Of a stretch of 64,000 nt of DNA, positions 59,200 through 64,000 are shown piece after piece. The notes under the pieces are model-generated. The model had not been told where the DNA came from, did not search any database, and worked only from the letters and a program-made list of their open reading frames with translations. Every line of letters starts with the position of its first letter. Position 1 is the first letter of the stretch. Source of the stretch: Cyanophora paradoxa CCMP329 (taxonomy: Eukaryota; Plantae; Glaucophyta). The DNA lies in contig QPMI01000503.1 of assembly GCA_004431415.1 (NCBI GenBank), forward strand, positions 244,163 through 308,162. Direction: 5' to 3'. The position numbers and the translations under genes were made by a program.

Positions 59200-61190
59200 G
59201 GTACTGCGCGTCTCCCTGCGCAGCATGGCGGCGGGCGGGGCGGGGCGGGGCGGGGCGGGGTGGGGCGGGCGGGGCGGCTCACGAAGCTGGGCGGGCGAAG
59301 CTCGAGGCTGCTCGCCGAGCTGTCGCTTGACGCGGCGTGCAGAGGCCTTGCCTCCTGCGCGTCTCTCAGCGCTTCGCGTGGCGGAGCGGGGTGGGTCGGG
59401 GCGGGGCGGCTCACGATCCCGGCGGGGAGATGCTCGAGGCCGCTCGCCGAGCTGCGCTCGACGCGGCGTGCGGAGGCCTTGCCTCCTGCGCGGCTCTCAC
59501 CGCAGCATGGCGGCGGACGGGGCGGGGCGGGCGCGGCGGGCGGGTGGGGCGGGGCGGGGCGGCTCACGAAGCAGGGCGGAGCTCAGCTCGAGGCTGCTCG
59601 CCGAGCTGCCGCTCGACGCGGCGTGCAGAGGCCTTGCCTCCTGCGCGTATCTCAGGGCTTCGCGGCGGCGGAGCGGGGTGGGGCTGGGCGGGGCGACTCA
59701 CGATCCCGGGCGGGGGGAAGCTCGAGGCCGGTCGCCGAGACCGGCAAGCGAGACATGGCCCGCCGCTGCAGAGGCCTTGCCTCCTGCGCGTCTCTCATCG
59801 CTTCGCGGCGGCGGAGTGGGGTGGGGCTGGGCGGGGCGGCTCACGATCCCGGCGGGGGGAAGCTCGAGGCGGTCGCCGAGCTGCGCTCGACGCGGCGTGC
59901 GGAGGCCTTGCATCCTGCGCGTCTCTCAGCGCAGCATCCTGATCCTCCTCCTGTAGATGGGTGTAGGCGTCCGGATTCTTCATGATCAGCGACCTCGTGA
60001 CGAAGCCGGGCGGGGCGAGGCTCGATGCCGTTCGCCGAGCTGCCGCTCGACGTGGCGTGCAGCTGTCTTGTCTCCTGCTTGTCTTTCGGCGCGGCATGGT
60101 GGCGGGTGGGGGGGGGGGGGGGGGGCGGGGCGGGGCGGCTCACGAAGCCGGGCGGGGTGAATCTCGAGGCCGCTCGCCGAGCTGCCGCTCGGCTCGTCGT
60201 GCAGAGTCCTTGTTTCCTGCGCGTCTCTCAGCGCAGCATGGCGGCGGAGCGGGCGGAGTGGGGCGGGGCGGCTCACGAGCCCGGTCGGGGGGAAGCTCGA
60301 GGCCGCTCGCCGAGCGGCTGCTTGAAGCGGCGTGCGGAGGCCTTGCCTCCTGCTTGTCTCTCAGCGCAGCATGGCGGCGGACGGGCCCGGGGCGGGGCGC
60401 GGCGGGGCGGCTCACGAAGCCGGGCGGGGCGAAGCTCGAGGCCGCTCGCCGAGTTGCCGCTCGACGCGGCGTGCGGAGGCCTTGCCTCCTGCGCGTCTCT
60501 CAGCTCAGTATGGCGGCGGGTCGGGGCGGGGCGGGGCGGGGCGGTGCGGGCGGGGCGGGGCGGCTCACGAAGCCGGGCGGGGCGAAGCTCGAGGCCGCTC
60601 GCCGAGTTGCCGCTCGACGCGGCGTGCGGAGGCCTTGCCTCCTGCGCGTCTCTCAGCTCAGTATGGCGGCGGGTCGGGGGGGCGGGGCGGGGCGGTGCGG
60701 GGCGGGCGGGGCTGCTCACTAAGCCGGGCGGGGCGAAGCTCGAGGCCGCTCGCCGAGTTGCCGCTCGACGCGGCGTGCGGAGGCCTTGCCGCAGTGCCTC
60801 CTGCTTGTCCTCAGCGCAGCAGGCCGCTCGTCGAGCTGCCGCTCGACGTGGCGTGCAGAGGCCTTGCCTCGTGCACTTTTCGCATCGCAGCATGGCGTCG
60901 GGGCTGGCGGGGCGGGGCGGGGCGGGTCGGCTTACGCACCCGGGCAGGGCGAAGCTCGAGGCCGCTCGCCGAGCTGCCGCTCGACGCGGCGTGCAGATCT
61001 AGATGCCTTGCATCCTGCGCGTCTCTTTGCGCAGCATGGCGGCGGGGCGGGAGGGGCGGGGCGGGACGGGGCGGCTCACGAACTCTGTGCGGTGCGAAGC
61101 TCAAGGCTGCGAGGCTAGGCCGCTCGTCGAGCTGCCGCTCGACGCGACGCGCAGAGGCCTTGCCTTCTGCGTGGCTCTCAGCGCAGCATG
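59200..61190 (-). repeat. Tandem array of ~13 units (~135-155 bp) with exon+intron-like structure
   Basis: ggcggctcacgaagccgggcggggcgaagctcgaggccgctcgccgagctgccgctcgacgcggcgtgcggaggccttgcctcctgcgcgtctctcagcgcagcatgg is repeated. Length variation lies mainly in the (GGGGC)n tract. Confidence 0.9.
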
Positions 61191-62958
61191 GAGGGATGTC
61201 GCTGACGCTCCCCGCAACCTCGCCGGTGCTGAATGACTGAGAAAACGTCATTGCGCGCCGATCAGTACCGAGCCACAGATCGGGGGATCAATATCTGCCG
61301 TCGAGTCAGAGGAGACACGCGAAGCGGCAAAACTGGTTCGCGATTCTCCCTGGGCCTCGGGCTGGAGAAGGCGACAGAATTCTCTGTGCCACCTGCGGGA
61401 CGGGTCGGTGGAGCGCACTGCGGCACCCTCGCGTTCGAGGGCCCAGCATCTCGGTCTCCTTCTGTTGAGCAGTTGAGCGCGCGTGCTCAGGATCTCTCGG
61501 GCGCGAGGCGCACTCCGGCTTTGCTTTGAGCGCCGCTTGGTCGAGCACGACGCGACTCGAGCTCGTATTGTGGACGGTGTACACCTCCGTCGTCCGGCAG
61601 CTGTGGTTTTCCTCCGTCCGCCGTCTGTAGCGTTTGCTCTCCGGTCTTATAGTTGTACCCTTGTCTTGCCTGCTTAGTTGCTTGGCCACAGCATCGTCGT
61701 TCGGGCACCGCAGAGAGCGCAGTTGCTTGGACACAGGCACATCGTATTGTGCCGCACGCTTGGCTAAGCCAGGCCGCTCGTTTTACTCGCGGTCGCAAGG
61801 GCTCCGTTACTTGCGGTCGCAAAGACTCCGGGAGCCTCAGTTTGGGTAGGCTCCCGGTGAGGCGTATAAGGTGACTATTTGATCTCACGGAGTGCGGCTA
61901 CTCCGTGGGACGCGACTTGATTCCTGGACGCAGTACTAGTACTAGTCACCGCCGGCGCCTGTTGGATTGGACTCTGATGAGTGCGGCTGCCGTCAGCTCC
62001 GCTAGCGAAGGTCGTCGCAAATCTCTACATTGTTAGCGTGTTCGGCGCGACCTGCCTTCTGCAACTGACTTGAGCATCATCGCTGCAGGCACTGCTCCTT
62101 CGTCAAACGAGTGCTTTCCGTCGCTTAGCTCGTCTTCTACCGATGAGAGCGCTGCCGCCGCGGAAGACAGTTCTAAGATCTTCCAGCAACCGCTGCGGAC
62201 TCTACTCCTGTCGCTGATGGTGCGTCATTTATTTAATAAGTTGTCGTTTTCTTTCTTATTCTCTTAGCGCATATTCTGATATATCTGAACGTTTTATCGG
62301 CCTGCGGCAGCGTTTCATAAGGAGCGGTTCCGGCGAAATCTGGCATGTTGGAACCGCCCTTTGAAACCAGCTGATTTCGATGATGATGAGCTTGTTGTTG
62401 AAGGTGGCCTTACTTTGGAACCAACTGATGGTGATGATCATGTTTTCGATGGTGACTTGTCTGATTACTGTGATTGCTCTTCTGACGTTTTATTTCGCAA
62501 TTGCGATTGACAGCAATTATATCAGATGCAGGCTCTTTTTTACCGAGAGTTACTGGGTCTGGAGGGAATGCTTCGACTGCGACGGCTGTAGACCCGCACG
62601 GCCAGGGGCCGAGGATCTGCCTGTCAACGAGGGAGGCGAGGGATCATGGGTCGGCTGAACTTCCGCGCCCCCTCGTGCCCACCCCCGGGTCCTACGCCTC
62701 TCCTTCCAGCTCTCCGGCCTCTGTGCCTGCCGGGCGACCGGCCGGCGAGCGTCGTGTGTCTCCTTTCCCGGGAGACAGCGACCCGATTATCATCATCGTT
62801 GATGAGAGCGATGCCTTGGGGCAGGCGGGCGACGAGGAGGGGTCTCCGAGAGCGCGTTCTCCTCGTGCTGTTTCGAGCCTGATCCATCTGTTGAGGCTCC
62901 CGATGCGGCAGACGACCGTGCTACTGATGCGGCAAATCTACCAACACTCGGCAGCGCC

Positions 62959-64000
62959 ACCGACCCGGTGAGTCTGGTGCTCGATGTTGCAGCAGGCGCC
63001 GCGCTGTCCTGCGGCGCCTGCCCTTACGCCGATCACGGCGCAGGTTGCCGCGTCGGCGTCTGCGCCTTCTCGTCTGCCTGGCGGTCTTGAGGGCGACGCC
63101 CTGGTGCAGGGGGCCGCGGGCGTCGAGAGTGGTCCGACCCGGTGAGTCTGGTGCCCGATGTTGCAGCAGGCGCCGCGCTGTCCTGCGGCGCCTGCCCTTA
63201 CGCCGATCACGGCGCAGGTTGCCGCGTCGGCGTCTGCGCCTTCTCGTCTGCCTGGCGGTCTTGAGGGCGACGCCCTGGTGCAGGGGCCGCGGGCGTCGAG
63301 AGTGGGTCCGACCCGGTGAGTCTGGTGCCCGTGTTGCAGCAGGCGCCGCGCTGTCCTGCGGCGCCTGCCCTTACGCCGATCACGGCGCAGGTTGCCGCGT
63401 CGGCGTCTGCGCCTTCTCGTCTGCCTGGCGGTCTTGAGGGCGACGCCCTGGTGCAGGGGGCCGCGGCGTCGAGACCGGGTCTCTGGGATCGCGCCCTCCG
63501 CATGCCGGTTTGCAGACCGATCCATTCGTCCTACAGCTGGTTCCCGATGCGGCAGGCGACCGTGCCGCTGCTGCGGCGAATCTGCCAACACTCGGCAGCG
63601 CCACCGACCCGGTGAGTCTGGTGCTCGATGTTGCAGCAGCGCCGCGCTGTCCCGCGGCGCCTGCCCTTACGCCGATCACTGGCGCAGGTTGCCGCGTGTC
63701 GGCGTCTGCGCCTTCTCGGCTGCCTGGCGGTTTGAGGGCGACGCCTTGGGGCAGGCGGCCGTGGGCGTCGAGAGTGGGTCCGACCCGGTGAGTCTGGTGC
63801 TCGATGTTGCAGCAGGCGCCCGCGCTGTCCTGCGGGCGCCTGCTTTTACGCCGATCACGGCAGCAGGTTGCCGCGTCGGCGTCTGCGCGCTTCTCTCGTC
63901 TTGCCTGGCGGTCTTGAGGGCGACGCCCTGGTGCAGGGGCCGCGGGCGTCGAGACTGGGTCTCTGGGATCGCGCCCTCCGCATGCCGGTTTGCAGACCGA
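62959..64000 (+). repeat. Tandem array, 174-bp unit (76-nt intron + ~98/99-nt exon), continuing off the window
   Basis: ccg|GTGAGT at 62968, 63142, 63316, 63612 and 63788, each followed by ..cttac..ggcgcAG|gttgccgcgtcggcg. Confidence 0.9.

Noticed and set aside
61965-62020. Hammerhead ribozyme at ctgatgag
   Set aside because: It has GAAG rather than GAAA, stem II is poor and stem I has no partner.
54875-64000. Tandem arrays as CRISPR-like loci
   Set aside because: Whole units are repeated with no unique spacers, no cas genes are present, and the context is eukaryotic.

Overview
This is eukaryotic nuclear DNA, GC-rich and packed with short (~50-120 nt) spliceosomal introns, so most ORFs in the six-frame track are partial exons or antisense shadows. 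A nucleus-encoded phosphoribulokinase with an 'MATLF..' transit peptide, together with ciliary genes (BBIP1, an NPHP3-like protein), points to a flagellated primary-plastid alga. A glaucophyte such as Cyanophora is the best fit, by inference only. From 1-33 kb the region is gene-dense and mostly divergent pairs: coiled-coil protein/TMEM19, MRPS9/Myb-containing Tousled-like kinase, an LRR protein, NPHP3-like/BBIP1, ricin-lectin-ZnF-AIM protein/eIF2B-gamma, a GRAM-VASt protein, and PRK/F-box protein. From 33-64 kb it is accessory: an inverted-repeat element carrying spliced gene fragments, a ~12.7 kb lower-GC LamG/FN3/Kelch secreted-protein gene, a clean hAT MITE, a degenerate multi-exon gene ending in a Ulp1-like protease, and three unrelated tandem arrays whose repeat unit looks like one exon plus one intron. 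One array is duplicated and capped by a tRNA-derived head. Gene boundaries were inferred by eye.
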